A program made the translations under genes and the position numbers. A stretch of 64,000 bases of DNA, from contig JAUIER010000004.1 in assembly GCA_030429765.1 (NCBI GenBank), forward strand, positions 33,131-97,130. The letters run 5' to 3'. Shown one piece after another: positions 45,538 through 55,709 of this stretch. Origin of the DNA: a bacterium. Its GTDB lineage: Bacteria; Omnitrophota; Gorgyraeia; Zapsychrales; Zapsychraceae. Position 1 is the stretch's first letter. Each line of letters begins with the position of its first letter. The notes beneath the pieces were generated by a model. That model worked only from the letters and a program-made list of their open reading frames with translations. It made no database searches and was not told the DNA's origin.

Positions 45538-46263
45538 CTATCGTATCGCGTTGAGGCCCAGCACATCCTGCATGGTGAACAGGCCGGACTTTTTATCTTT
45601 GAGAAATTTGGCGGCTGTAATAGCCCCTTTGGCAAACATGCTGCGGTCCTTGGCATGATGCGAGATTGTCAGTACGTCCTCGTTGGATTCAAAACGAATG
45701 GTGTGATCACCGATCACTTCCCCTTCACGAATCGCGTCGATCTCGGACACCTTGATACCCGACGATTTCTCGGCGAGTTCAGCCATCGTCTTCGCCGTTC
45801 CCGAGGGCTTGTCTTTTTTGTGAATGTGATGTGTCTCCGTCAAGGAAATATCCGTCGCGCCTATGGCTTGCCCCGTGATCTCAATCAGCTTGAACAGGAT
45901 GTTCACGCCGATTGACATATTGCTGGCAAACACGATCGGAATGTCCTCTGCCGCCGCCTGAATCTGGGTGATTTGATCCTGGGTGAATCCCGTCGTCCCG
46001 ATAACCATGGGCACTCCATGTGATTGGGCCGCCTTGAGATTATCAAGCGTGCCGTCAGGCAAGGTAAACTCGATCAACGCGTCACAGCCTTTGATCTTGG
46101 CGTTGTCCGTATAGACATCAACCCCAGAGACGGATTCCGTACATTTAGGATGCGCCGAATGTTCAAGTAACGTCGTAACTTTGATATCCGCATCGGCCAA
46201 GGCCAATTTGATGATCGCCTGTCCCATGCGGCCATGGGCCCCGCTTATCGCTAAATTCAACAT
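45538..46263 (-). CDS. dapB: 4-hydroxy-tetrahydrodipicolinate reductase
   Basis: GAHGRMG, GTTG, ETHHIHKKDKPSGTA. Confidence 0.97.
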   Translation of the reverse strand: MLNLAISGAHGRMGQAIIKLALADADIKVTTLLEHSAHPKCTESVSGVDVYTDNAKIKGCDALIEFTLPDGTLDNLKAAQSHGVPMVIGTTGFTQDQITQIQAAAEDIPIVFASNMSIGVNILFKLIEITGQAIGATDISLTETHHIHKKDKPSGTAKTMAELAEKSSGIKVSEIDAIREGEVIGDHTIRFESNEDVLTISHHAKDRSMFAKGAITAAKFLKDKKSGLFTMQDVLGLNAIR

Positions 46264-46282
46264 GATATTCGCTTTCCTCCGG

Positions 46283-47167
46283 CTACACGGCGGTTAAAAG
46301 ATTGTATTCTTGAAGAGCGGCTTTGACCTTCTCCAAATTAGCCGGATCCATGTCACACAACGGAAGCCGGACACGTCCCGAGCAAAGCCCGATCAACTCG
46401 GCCGCTTTCTTGACCGGAATCGGATTGGTCTCGACAAACATTGACGCGACAAGATCCTTCATTTTGTTGTGCATCGCCCGGGCCTCGTCCTTCTGACCTT
46501 CCGCATACAGTTTGACCATGGCTGAAACATCTTGAGGGATCAAATTTGCCACGACCGAAATCACGCCGGTCCCGCCGAGATCCATCATATCCAGTGTTAA
46601 CGCGTCGTCCCCCGATAGAATAATAAAGTCAGGTCCGCAGGCCTCCCGTACCTCTTGCACCTGTTTCAATGAACCGGACGCCTCTTTGACCCCGACGATG
46701 TTGCGGCAATCCTTCGCCAGCCGTGCCACCGTAGGCGTTTCGATATTTTTGCCTGTGCGGCCTTCAATGTTGTATAGAATGATCGGGATCTTGACACTGT
46801 CCGCGACCGCTTTAAAGTGAAGATACAGGCCTTGCTGAGTCGGCTTGTTGTAGTATGGCGTAACGACCAACGCGGCGTCGGCCCCCACACTCTCAGCGTG
46901 ACGGGTCAGCGCAATCGCCTCCTGCGTTGAATTCGATCCGGTTCCTGCAATAACGGGCACGCGTTTGTTAACCGCATCCACCGTGACCTCGATCACCCGA
47001 TTGTGTTCCTGAGGCGTTAACGTCGGTGATTCTCCTGTTGTTCCACACGGAACAATCCCGTTGGTCCCGTTTTCGAGCTGGAATTCAACCAGCTCCCTGA
47101 TCTTGGATTCGTCTATACCGGTCTCGGTGAATGGCGTTACCAACGCTACTATCGATCCTGAAAACAT
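46283..47167 (-). CDS. dapA: 4-hydroxy-tetrahydrodipicolinate synthase
   Basis: GTTGESPTL, PYYNKP, YNIEGRT, GVKEASG, ETNPIPVK; GGAGG SD before ATG 47167. Confidence 0.98.
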   Translation of the reverse strand: MFSGSIVALVTPFTETGIDESKIRELVEFQLENGTNGIVPCGTTGESPTLTPQEHNRVIEVTVDAVNKRVPVIAGTGSNSTQEAIALTRHAESVGADAALVVTPYYNKPTQQGLYLHFKAVADSVKIPIILYNIEGRTGKNIETPTVARLAKDCRNIVGVKEASGSLKQVQEVREACGPDFIILSGDDALTLDMMDLGGTGVISVVANLIPQDVSAMVKLYAEGQKDEARAMHNKMKDLVASMFVETNPIPVKKAAELIGLCSGRVRLPLCDMDPANLEKVKAALQEYNLLTAV

Positions 47168-47213
47168 GAAAGCCTCCATTGTTTATGATGATTCGTTCAG
47201 ACTATCTGTCGCT

Positions 47214-48038
47214 TCACAGATAGTATTCGCCTTTGGCGATAAATTTTGCACTGCCTTTGAGATGAACATTCGAGATCACACCGTCGGCCAGGTCAAAGGT
47301 CACCCTGAGGACCTCTCCGCTGCGCGTCTTCACCCGCATCGACGCCTTACGTTTCGTGGTGACGTCGGGATTCTGTTTGAGGTAGGATACAATCGCGGCC
47401 GCCACGCTGCCGGTTCCGCAGGCCTTGGTCTCACCCTCCACACCCCGTTCATAGGTTCGGCAATGGACCAGATTTTTTTGGGCATATTCGACAAAATTCG
47501 CGTTGGTCCCACGCGGTTTGAATTCGTCGTGATAACGGATAATCCGCCCTAAATGGTTCACATCGGTGGATGACAGATCATCCACATACACGATGGCGTG
47601 CGGTACACCTGTGTCAATGTAATGAATCGTCGTCTTTTGTCCGTCTATTTTGACTGAAATATCCGGACGGTAATCTTGCGGCGGACTCAGACGAACATCG
47701 GCCACTTCACCGTCAGCCTGGGCGTCAAGCACACCGGCCAGCGTCTCCATCGTAAAGATTTCCTGACGGGGTTTACGATGTCGAACAATGTAGGCCGCCA
47801 TACATCGCGCGCCGTTGCCGCACATCTCGGCCTCCGAACCGTCAGCGTTGATAATACGCATCTTGAAATCAGCTTTCTTGGACTCATCCAACACCAGCAG
47901 TCCATCCGCCCCGATCCCGTCGGTACGGTCACACATCTTAACGGCCAACTTCTTTAAATTGATACGTTCACGCGGCGCATCGATGACGATAAAATCATTT
48001 CCCGCGCCGGCCATTTTTACAAATGATATTGTCTTCAT
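47214..48038 (-). CDS. dapF: diaminopimelate epimerase
   Basis: GAGNDF, NADGSEAEMCGNG, GVPH, ERGVEGETKACGTG. Confidence 0.97.
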   Translation of the reverse strand: MKTISFVKMAGAGNDFIVIDAPRERINLKKLAVKMCDRTDGIGADGLLVLDESKKADFKMRIINADGSEAEMCGNGARCMAAYIVRHRKPRQEIFTMETLAGVLDAQADGEVADVRLSPPQDYRPDISVKIDGQKTTIHYIDTGVPHAIVYVDDLSSTDVNHLGRIIRYHDEFKPRGTNANFVEYAQKNLVHCRTYERGVEGETKACGTGSVAAAIVSYLKQNPDVTTKRKASMRVKTRSGEVLRVTFDLADGVISNVHLKGSAKFIAKGEYYL

Positions 48039-48814
48039 TGGTTGAGTATCCTGAAACTTACATTCACTTTGGCATTTACACTGATTTGGCCCAATGAGAT
48101 TCCGTCCGCCGTCTGCGCCGATGATCCCGAGTTAATATTCTGCACCACGTTCTGTGACATCATACCGCCCCCGGAGGCTCCCCACCAGGAGTGATTGTAC
48201 CACGACCACCAGTTCGTGGGATACTCGGTAATCGCGTGCGGATCACCGATAGCCTGCCCCAACTCCTGCGCCAGATCCGTTGCTTTCTCTTTGGCTGCTT
48301 TGATCGCCAACGCCCGCGCTTGGTCGCGGTATTTTCGCAACTCTGTGGTCCGGAATTGCACCCCATGAACGTGTGTCGCACCCGACACAACGACCGCACT
48401 GAGCAGCTCGTCAAAGCGGTCAACATTTTTCACTGTCACGACGATGGTTTTTCGGACATAGTACTCGATAAAATCCAGTTCATCCCGACGCAACTCGCTG
48501 TTGTACTTGTTGATTCGTCGGGGCTCTATCGAAATATGGCTAGTCTGGATATGCTTGGACTCGACACCCAGTTGCTTGACGGCGTCGATCAGCTTTTGTG
48601 TTTGACGGTCATTCTCCGACTTGACGGTGGATAAATCCCTGTCCCAAGTCTCAATACCCAGCGTGATGATGACTTCATCCGGCTCCACCTTGACCTGAGC
48701 CTCGCCAGTCACGGTCACCAAAGAAGGACTGTCTGACTCGTGTGATATAGCATTGGCAGGACACATCAACAAAACAACAGTCAACAGCAGACCAACTCTA
48801 GAAATAAGCCGCAT
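48035..48814 (-). CDS. SIMPL-domain (DUF541/YggE/BP26-like) periplasmic protein
   Basis: Signal peptide, VTVTGEAQVKVEPD, IQTS, RALAIKAAKEKA, C-terminal V-x-V-x-F strand. Confidence 0.88.
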   Translation of the reverse strand: MRLISRVGLLLTVVLLMCPANAISHESDSPSLVTVTGEAQVKVEPDEVIITLGIETWDRDLSTVKSENDRQTQKLIDAVKQLGVESKHIQTSHISIEPRRINKYNSELRRDELDFIEYYVRKTIVVTVKNVDRFDELLSAVVVSGATHVHGVQFRTTELRKYRDQARALAIKAAKEKATDLAQELGQAIGDPHAITEYPTNWWSWYNHSWWGASGGGMMSQNVVQNINSGSSAQTADGISLGQISVNAKVNVSFRILNQ

Positions 48815-48823
48815 CACACCCTC

Positions 48824-50080
48824 CTATTTAAGAAATTTGGGAATCCGTTCGCCGTCGAGTAATTCTTCAAACGTCTGCCGTTTGCGGGATAGCTCAAACT
48901 TATTGCCTTTGACAAAGGCAATCGGCACATGCCCACGCATGTTGTAGTTACTCGACATTACTGAACAGTACGCCCCCGCACTCATTAAGGCTAACAAGTC
49001 ATCCTTTTTCAACGACGGCAACATACGGTCCTTCGCGAAATAGTCCCCGCTTTCGCAAATTGGTCCGACCACATCCATTTTAACCTTTCGTCCGGTTCGC
49101 TTTTTCAAGGGAACAATCTCATGATACGAACCATACAACGTCGGACGCATCAAATCATTCATCCCGCCGTCTACGATCAAAAACTTCTTAACACCATTGT
49201 CCTTGACATATAACACCTTGGTCACAAAGATACCGGCGTTACCGGAGATAAATCGGCCCGGCTCCATAATAATCTTCAGACCTGTTTTCTTCAGCAGCGG
49301 TAAAACATTCTTTGCAAAATCCTTGGCCGTCTGCGGCTTTTCATCCTTATAAATAATCCCCAGACCGCCTCCGATATCCAGATACTCCAACTCAATACCA
49401 TCTTTGGCCAGTTTCTTCTGAAACTCAATCACCCGTCGAATCGCCTTCACAAATGGTTCACCTTCCGTGATCTGCGACCCGATATGCACATGCAATCCAC
49501 TAAAGACGATATGTGTATATTTCTTGGTCATGTTCATGATCTTCTGCGCTGTCTTTAGATCAATCCCAAACTTATTCTTGAGCGTTCCGGTAACCACCTG
49601 GGAATATGTCGGGGCTTCGACGTCCGGGTTGATGCGAAGCGCCACTTTGACTTTACGTTTACGCTTTTTCGCAATTCGGTTGATCTCATCGAGTTCGGGT
49701 AAAGATTCCACATTAAACAGCAGAATTCCCTTCTTCATGGCATACGTAATTTCGTCTTCGGTCTTGCCGACGGAAGCAAAAACGATCTTCTGAGGATCGG
49801 CCCCGGCAATCAGCACCTTTTTCAACTCTCCCACCGAAACAATGTCAAACCCCGCGCCTTGCTTGACCAGCGTCCGAAGTACAGCGAGATTATCATTGGA
49901 TTTCATCGCGAAACAAACCAGCGGATCGATATCCTTGAACGCCTTCTTGATCTTGGTAAAGTGATCGACAAGTGTGTTATGGCTGTAGACATAACATGGC
50001 GTACCGATTTTCTTGACGATCGATTCAATCTTAACGGATTCACAATATAAATGATTATTCTTGTATTTGAAATCGTGCAT
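48824..50080 (-). CDS. lysA: diaminopimelate decarboxylase
   Basis: FAMKSN, KFGI, HIGSQI, DIGGG, EPGR, GPICESGD, AGAY; ATG 50080. Confidence 0.97.
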   Translation of the reverse strand: MHDFKYKNNHLYCESVKIESIVKKIGTPCYVYSHNTLVDHFTKIKKAFKDIDPLVCFAMKSNDNLAVLRTLVKQGAGFDIVSVGELKKVLIAGADPQKIVFASVGKTEDEITYAMKKGILLFNVESLPELDEINRIAKKRKRKVKVALRINPDVEAPTYSQVVTGTLKNKFGIDLKTAQKIMNMTKKYTHIVFSGLHVHIGSQITEGEPFVKAIRRVIEFQKKLAKDGIELEYLDIGGGLGIIYKDEKPQTAKDFAKNVLPLLKKTGLKIIMEPGRFISGNAGIFVTKVLYVKDNGVKKFLIVDGGMNDLMRPTLYGSYHEIVPLKKRTGRKVKMDVVGPICESGDYFAKDRMLPSLKKDDLLALMSAGAYCSVMSSNYNMRGHVPIAFVKGNKFELSRKRQTFEELLDGERIPKFLK

Positions 50081-50128
50081 AGTGTTCTTTCCGGCGTTCC
50101 TGATGGAACTTTCCTGCAAGGTTATCTG

Positions 50129-51502
50129 TTAGTTTAAAATCTTTTCCCAATACTTGAACTGACGCGCGACAGACGTTGGCGATGTCGACCCATAAGATTT
50201 TTTACGTTTAACGGATATCTCCGGTTTGAGTAATTTTTTAACATCGGCCGCAAATTTAGGATGGTACTTCTTCAGTTGCGCCTCCGTTAAGTCGACGATC
50301 CGCCCGCCTTGATCCAGACATCCCTTGATTAACTTACCGACTGTGTCATGCGCCTCTCGATATGTCACCCCTTTCTGAATCAGATACTCCATGATATCGA
50401 CGGAGTAAAACGATTCATTGCCCGTTTGAATCGCTATCTGGTCCGGCTTGACTTTAAGCGTCTGAAACAATTTTTCGAGCAGCTGCAGCATCAATTGCAT
50501 CTTTTCAACTGACTCAAACAGTGGCGGCTTATCCAGTTGAAGATCCCGATTGTACGTCAATGGCAATCCCTTCAATAAGACCAGCAGTTTATTGAGATTA
50601 CCGTAAATCGTACCTGTCTCCCCCCGGATCAGCTCACAAATATCCGGATTCTTTTTATGCGGCATGATGGACGAACCGGTACACATTGACCAATCAATAT
50701 CCACAAAATTAAACTCACTGGTCGCCCAAACGATCAGATCTTCACACATGCGTGAGAAGTGCATGCTCATCATGGCCAACGCCGAGACCGATTCAATAAT
50801 AAAATCCCGATCGCTGACCGAATCAATACTATTGTTTGTTGTCGCCAGAAATCCCAAGAGCTCAGTCACCATCTTTCGGTCGGTCGGAAGAGTACTGCCG
50901 GACAATGCGCAACTGCCCAGCGGATTGGTATCCATCCGGACAATGGCATCCTTGAGACGCCCTTTGTCCCGCTCCAACATCTCAACATAAGCGAGCATAT
51001 GATGAGCCAACAGCACAAGTTGAGCCGACTGTAAATGCGTGTAGGCAGGCATGATAATTTCGCGATGACGTTTGGCAAATTCAAGGATCGAGCGCTGAAG
51101 ATCGGAAATCATCTCAATCGTCAAATTCAATTCGACGAGACAATATAGTTTCATGTCCAGCACGATTAAATCATTGCGCGAACGCGCCGTGTGCAGACGA
51201 TCCGCCGCGGCTCCGATGTCCTTTTTCAGGGCCGATTGAATATTCGAGTGGACGTCCTCTTCCCGGGGATCAAATTTAAACTGACCCGATTCGATTTTTT
51301 TACCGATCCGTTTCAGGCCTGCCGCGATCTTTTTTGCGTCGGACTTTGGAATGATCCCGCATTCGCCTAACATCCGGGCGTGGGCAATCCCGCCGATACA
51401 GTCATACAAAGCCAGGCGGCAATCGTATGAGATACTAAAACTAAACTCATCGGCCAGTGAATCCGTAGATCCATCAAAGCGACTTCCCCAAAATTTACCC
51501 AT
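50129..51502 (-). CDS. argH: argininosuccinate lyase
   Basis: EDVH, HTARSRND, YTHLQ, GSSIMPHKKNPD, YNRDLQ. Confidence 0.97.
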   Translation of the reverse strand: MGKFWGSRFDGSTDSLADEFSFSISYDCRLALYDCIGGIAHARMLGECGIIPKSDAKKIAAGLKRIGKKIESGQFKFDPREEDVHSNIQSALKKDIGAAADRLHTARSRNDLIVLDMKLYCLVELNLTIEMISDLQRSILEFAKRHREIIMPAYTHLQSAQLVLLAHHMLAYVEMLERDKGRLKDAIVRMDTNPLGSCALSGSTLPTDRKMVTELLGFLATTNNSIDSVSDRDFIIESVSALAMMSMHFSRMCEDLIVWATSEFNFVDIDWSMCTGSSIMPHKKNPDICELIRGETGTIYGNLNKLLVLLKGLPLTYNRDLQLDKPPLFESVEKMQLMLQLLEKLFQTLKVKPDQIAIQTGNESFYSVDIMEYLIQKGVTYREAHDTVGKLIKGCLDQGGRIVDLTEAQLKKYHPKFAADVKKLLKPEISVKRKKSYGSTSPTSVARQFKYWEKILN

Positions 51503-51533
51503 AAGGCAGTTCCTGTTTGCTAATCATGTGACA

Positions 51534-52703
51534 TTATTTTTGAAATGGCATCGCCCAAAGAGTGTTGAATCCTTCGGCCAACGATTGATCAAATTGATCA
51601 CCCTCACCATACGTGGCTAATTGTTCCTGATAGCGAGAGTATTTGGATTGACGTCCGACCGCCTGTGCACTTCCCTTATATAGCTTCAGTCGAACCGTTC
51701 CTGTCATGTACTTACACACCTTATCAAAATAAGCGTCCATTTGTTCGCGCAAAGGCGTAAACCACAAGCCATTATACGTGAGTTGGGCATATTTTTGGGA
51801 TAATTGTTCCTTAAAATACATGGTGTCCCGGTCCAATACCAGCGCTTCGAGTTCCAATCGCGCCGCGTTCAGGACTGTTCCGGCAGGATTTTCATAAATT
51901 TCCCGACTCTTGATCCCCACCAATCGATTCTCGACCATATCCACGCGACCGACACCGTTCTTACCGGCCAGCTCATTGAGTTTCTTGATCAAGGCAACCG
52001 GTTTGTAGGCTTTACCATCAATCTTGATGGGAATACCCTTCTCAAATCCGATCTCGACATAGGTCGGCTTGTTAGGAGCCTTGAGAGGATTGCTCGTCAT
52101 GGCATAAATATCTTCCGGAGGCTCTTGCCAGGGATCTTCCAGGATACCGCATTCAATCGCGCGCCCGTAAATATTGGTATCGATACTGTATGGACTTTTT
52201 TTGGTGACATTGATCTTGATACTCTGCGTCTTGAGATAGTCAATCTCTTCGTCCCGCGTTTTGAATTCCCAGATGCGGACCGGCGCGATGATCTCCATCT
52301 TCGGAGCCATCAATCGATAGGTGGTTTCAAAACGAACTTGATCGTTGCCCTTTCCGGTACATCCATGGACCAATCCCTTGGCCTTTTCCTTTTTGGCGAT
52401 GTCCACTTGATGCTTGGCGATCAACGGTCGTGATAACGCGCAGGCCAAATAGTATTTGTTTTCGTAAACGGCTCCAGCCTTCAGCGCCTTAAACGCGTAA
52501 TCTTCGATTAATTCCTTTTGTAAATTCAGACAGTAAACTTTGGACGCTCCCGACTTGACTGCGCGCTTCTCGATTTCCTTGAAATCATCTCCCTGACCTA
52601 AATCCGCAATGAAGGCGATGGTTTCATACCCTCGATCTTTCAGCCACGGAATAATACACGATGTATCTAATCCACCCGAATACGCCAATACAACTTTTTT
52701 CAT
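51534..52703 (-). CDS. argG: argininosuccinate synthase
   Basis: LAYSGGLDTS, HGCTGKGNDQVRFE, ENRLVGIKSREIYE. Confidence 0.98.
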   Translation of the reverse strand: MKKVVLAYSGGLDTSCIIPWLKDRGYETIAFIADLGQGDDFKEIEKRAVKSGASKVYCLNLQKELIEDYAFKALKAGAVYENKYYLACALSRPLIAKHQVDIAKKEKAKGLVHGCTGKGNDQVRFETTYRLMAPKMEIIAPVRIWEFKTRDEEIDYLKTQSIKINVTKKSPYSIDTNIYGRAIECGILEDPWQEPPEDIYAMTSNPLKAPNKPTYVEIGFEKGIPIKIDGKAYKPVALIKKLNELAGKNGVGRVDMVENRLVGIKSREIYENPAGTVLNAARLELEALVLDRDTMYFKEQLSQKYAQLTYNGLWFTPLREQMDAYFDKVCKYMTGTVRLKLYKGSAQAVGRQSKYSRYQEQLATYGEGDQFDQSLAEGFNTLWAMPFQK

Positions 52704-52714
52704 GTGATTTCCTC

Positions 52715-53638
52715 CTACCAGGTGTTAAATATAAAATTCATGATCGCTTTTTGTGTATGCAAACGGTTCTCCGCCTGATCAAATACGATCGAATGTTCAC
52801 CGTCGATCACCTCGGCCGTCACTTCTTCACCCCGATGCGCCGGCAGACAATGCATAAAAATATAATTGGGATCCGCCAGATCCGTCAAAGCCTTATTGAT
52901 TTGAAAGCCCTGAAAATCAGCCAGACGTTTATCACGCTCGTCTTCCTGCCCCATGCTTACCCAAACATCAGCATAGATCACGTTCGCCCCCTGGGCCGCT
53001 TCCTGAGGAGACTGGGTCACCGAGATTTCAGAACCAGTCGCTTGACCCAACTCGATCGCGCGTTGCAGAATATCCGGATTGGGTCCATAACCAGCAGGCG
53101 CGGCAATCTTCATGTGGACACCGGTTTTTGCCGCCGCGAGCATGAGTGAATGACAGACATTATTACCGTCACCGATATAGGCGATGGTCACCCCTTCCAG
53201 CCGCTGGAGCTTTTCTTTAATCGAAAACAAATCCGTTAACCCCTGACACGGATGATACAAATCCGACAATCCATTGATCACCGGGATGGACGCGTTTTCG
53301 GTCAACTCGATAATATCCTCATGCCGGTGGGTCCGGGCAACAATTCCGTGCAGATATCTCGACAATGTTTTTGACACATCGGCCACGGTTTCGCGTACGC
53401 CCAGGTTGATCTCGTCCGGCCCCAAATAAACACAATTACCGGAAAACTGAGAAATTCCGACTTCGAATGATACACGGGTCCGATTAGACGGTTTCTGAAA
53501 GAGCAGTCCAATGGACTTTCCTTTCAGTAAATGCGCGGAGTGCGACACATCATGCTTCACGGCCATGGCCACGCCGAGGATCCGCAAAATCTCCTCCTGC
53601 GACAATTGTTCTAGATTTATCAAGTCACGTTTTTTCAT
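52715..53638 (-). CDS. argF: ornithine carbamoyltransferase
   Basis: HPCQ, DVWVSMG, FMHCLP, QAENR; carbamoyl-phosphate motif reads SNRT. Confidence 0.95.
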   Translation of the reverse strand: MKKRDLINLEQLSQEEILRILGVAMAVKHDVSHSAHLLKGKSIGLLFQKPSNRTRVSFEVGISQFSGNCVYLGPDEINLGVRETVADVSKTLSRYLHGIVARTHRHEDIIELTENASIPVINGLSDLYHPCQGLTDLFSIKEKLQRLEGVTIAYIGDGNNVCHSLMLAAAKTGVHMKIAAPAGYGPNPDILQRAIELGQATGSEISVTQSPQEAAQGANVIYADVWVSMGQEDERDKRLADFQGFQINKALTDLADPNYIFMHCLPAHRGEEVTAEVIDGEHSIVFDQAENRLHTQKAIMNFIFNTW

Positions 53639-54837
53639 TATTCAGTCACCTCAGTTAATGCTCTTCGTAATGTATACAACGCCTTGTCCGCTTGCTTCTT
53701 GGTCACATTAAGGGCCGGCATAAACCGTAGAATATTACCCTGCGTGCAATTAATGATCACCCCGTGCTCAAAACAGTAGTCAATGATATCTTTGCCGGGA
53801 CGATCCAATTCAATACCGATCATCAACCCTAGGCCGCGAACATCGGTGATCATGGCAAAGTCTTTTTTAAGCTCCTGCAATTTGTCCATGATATACCGCC
53901 CCATCACACGGGTATTCTTAAGCATGTTATCAGACTTAATCGCGCTGAAAACACCCAGCGCCGCTTTGGTCACCAGTGGTGAACCGCCAAAGGTCGAGGC
54001 ATGCATCCCCGGCTTAAAATAGTCCGCGATAGATTCCTTGACGACAAGCGCGCCGATCGGAAGCCCGCCGCCTAACGCCTTGGCCAGGACCATAATATCC
54101 GGACGAACACCGTAATGCTTGAACGCGAACATCTCGCCTGTCCGCCCCATTCCGGTTTGAACCTCATCAAAGATCAACAGGATATCACGCTCGTCACAGA
54201 GGGACCGCAACGATTTAATGTATTCCTTATCCGCCACGTTGACCCCGCCCTCACCCTGCACCGGTTCGAGCATAATCGCTACCGTCTTATCGGTGACCGC
54301 GGACTTAACCGCGTCAATATCATTGAACGGTAAATACTTAAATCCGGTCGGCAACGGCTCAAAGCCTTTCTGGTAGGCTGGCTGACCGGTCGCCGTCATC
54401 GCACCGATGGTCCGGCCATGAAACGAACGTTTCATTGTGATAATTTCGTACCGCTTGCCCTGTCCGTAGATCCGGGAAAATTTGATGGCACCTTCACATC
54501 CTTCAGCCCCGCTGTTCCCGAAGAAAACCCGGCCGGGAAATGAATGACGGATAATTTCCTTGGCCAATTTGGCCTGATTGACATGATAAAAATTATTCGG
54601 GATATGGATCAGCTTGCCGATTTGGTCACGGACAGCCGCCATGACTTTGGGATGACAATGCCCGACATTATTGACACCCCAGCCCGGAAAAAAATCCAGA
54701 TACTTTTTGCCGTCGACATCCGTCAAAACCATCCCCTTACCTTTCACAAAAACAGCCGGCGTCCGTGTGTAGGTCGATAATATGTACTTATCGTAATTCT
54801 TGAATATCTCTGATTTTTTCACTTGATCATTTTCCAT
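53638..54837 (-). CDS. argD: acetylornithine aminotransferase
   Basis: NSGAE, SFHGRT, EPVQGEGG, DEVQTGMGRTG, LAKALGGG. Confidence 0.95.
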   Translation of the reverse strand: MENDQVKKSEIFKNYDKYILSTYTRTPAVFVKGKGMVLTDVDGKKYLDFFPGWGVNNVGHCHPKVMAAVRDQIGKLIHIPNNFYHVNQAKLAKEIIRHSFPGRVFFGNSGAEGCEGAIKFSRIYGQGKRYEIITMKRSFHGRTIGAMTATGQPAYQKGFEPLPTGFKYLPFNDIDAVKSAVTDKTVAIMLEPVQGEGGVNVADKEYIKSLRSLCDERDILLIFDEVQTGMGRTGEMFAFKHYGVRPDIMVLAKALGGGLPIGALVVKESIADYFKPGMHASTFGGSPLVTKAALGVFSAIKSDNMLKNTRVMGRYIMDKLQELKKDFAMITDVRGLGLMIGIELDRPGKDIIDYCFEHGVIINCTQGNILRFMPALNVTKKQADKALYTLRRALTEVTE

Positions 54838-54845
54838 GATTACAA

Positions 54846-55706
54846 TTACTGGGTGTTTTGAACGATCTGGGTACCAATCCCCTGGTTAGTAAAGAACTCT
54901 AACAGCAGCGCGTGCTGAATTCGGGCATCAACAATGTGAGTCTTCCGGACCCCGCTGATCAACGCCTCCATACATGACCGAACTTTGGGAATCATGCCAC
55001 CGTCGATCACCTGACTTTCAATCAGCTCCTGAACACGATTAACCGTCAACGTGGACAACAATGAGCTCGGGTCTTCCGGATCTGTTAAAACACCTTGTAC
55101 ATTGGTCAGTAATACCAATTTTTCGGCGTTCATCGAATTTGAAATCGCGCTGGCCACTTCATCGGCATTGATGTTATGTGGAATCTTCTCAACCGTTATA
55201 CCGATTGGAGACACGACCGTGATCCGCCCCATCTCCAAATGGTCATTCAGCATCTTCCTGTCAACCGAATCCACGCTTCCCACAAAACCCAGATCCTTGG
55301 ATGATTTTTTCTTAACCACATGAATGATGTTTTCATGACCATGCAATCCGGTTACATCACCTTTGAGTGATTGTATCTCGGAGACAATCAATTGATTCAG
55401 CTTTTCCAGTTCTTCGCTGGCGACGTCCAGTGTTTGCTGATCCGTGATCCGCATCCCCTCATGAAACTCACTCTTGACATTCAGCTCTTTGAGCCGACGG
55501 TTGATATATGGTCCTCCGCCATGCACAAGAATCACCCGAATCCCGACATAACTAAGAAAAACAATATCCTGTAAAACATTGCGGCGGACCTGCTCGTCTT
55601 CGAGAATACTGCCCCCATATTTGATGACAAACACCTTGTGCCGGAACTCGTGAATATACGGAATCGCTTCAATCAGCACGCCGGCTTTTTTAATTATGTC
55701 GTCCAT
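54846..55706 (-). CDS. argB: acetylglutamate kinase
   Basis: VIKYGG, VHGGGP, NINAD, GGMIPK. Confidence 0.97.
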   Translation of the reverse strand: MDDIIKKAGVLIEAIPYIHEFRHKVFVIKYGGSILEDEQVRRNVLQDIVFLSYVGIRVILVHGGGPYINRRLKELNVKSEFHEGMRITDQQTLDVASEELEKLNQLIVSEIQSLKGDVTGLHGHENIIHVVKKKSSKDLGFVGSVDSVDRKMLNDHLEMGRITVVSPIGITVEKIPHNINADEVASAISNSMNAEKLVLLTNVQGVLTDPEDPSSLLSTLTVNRVQELIESQVIDGGMIPKVRSCMEALISGVRKTHIVDARIQHALLLEFFTNQGIGTQIVQNTQ

Positions 55707-55709
55707 AAC

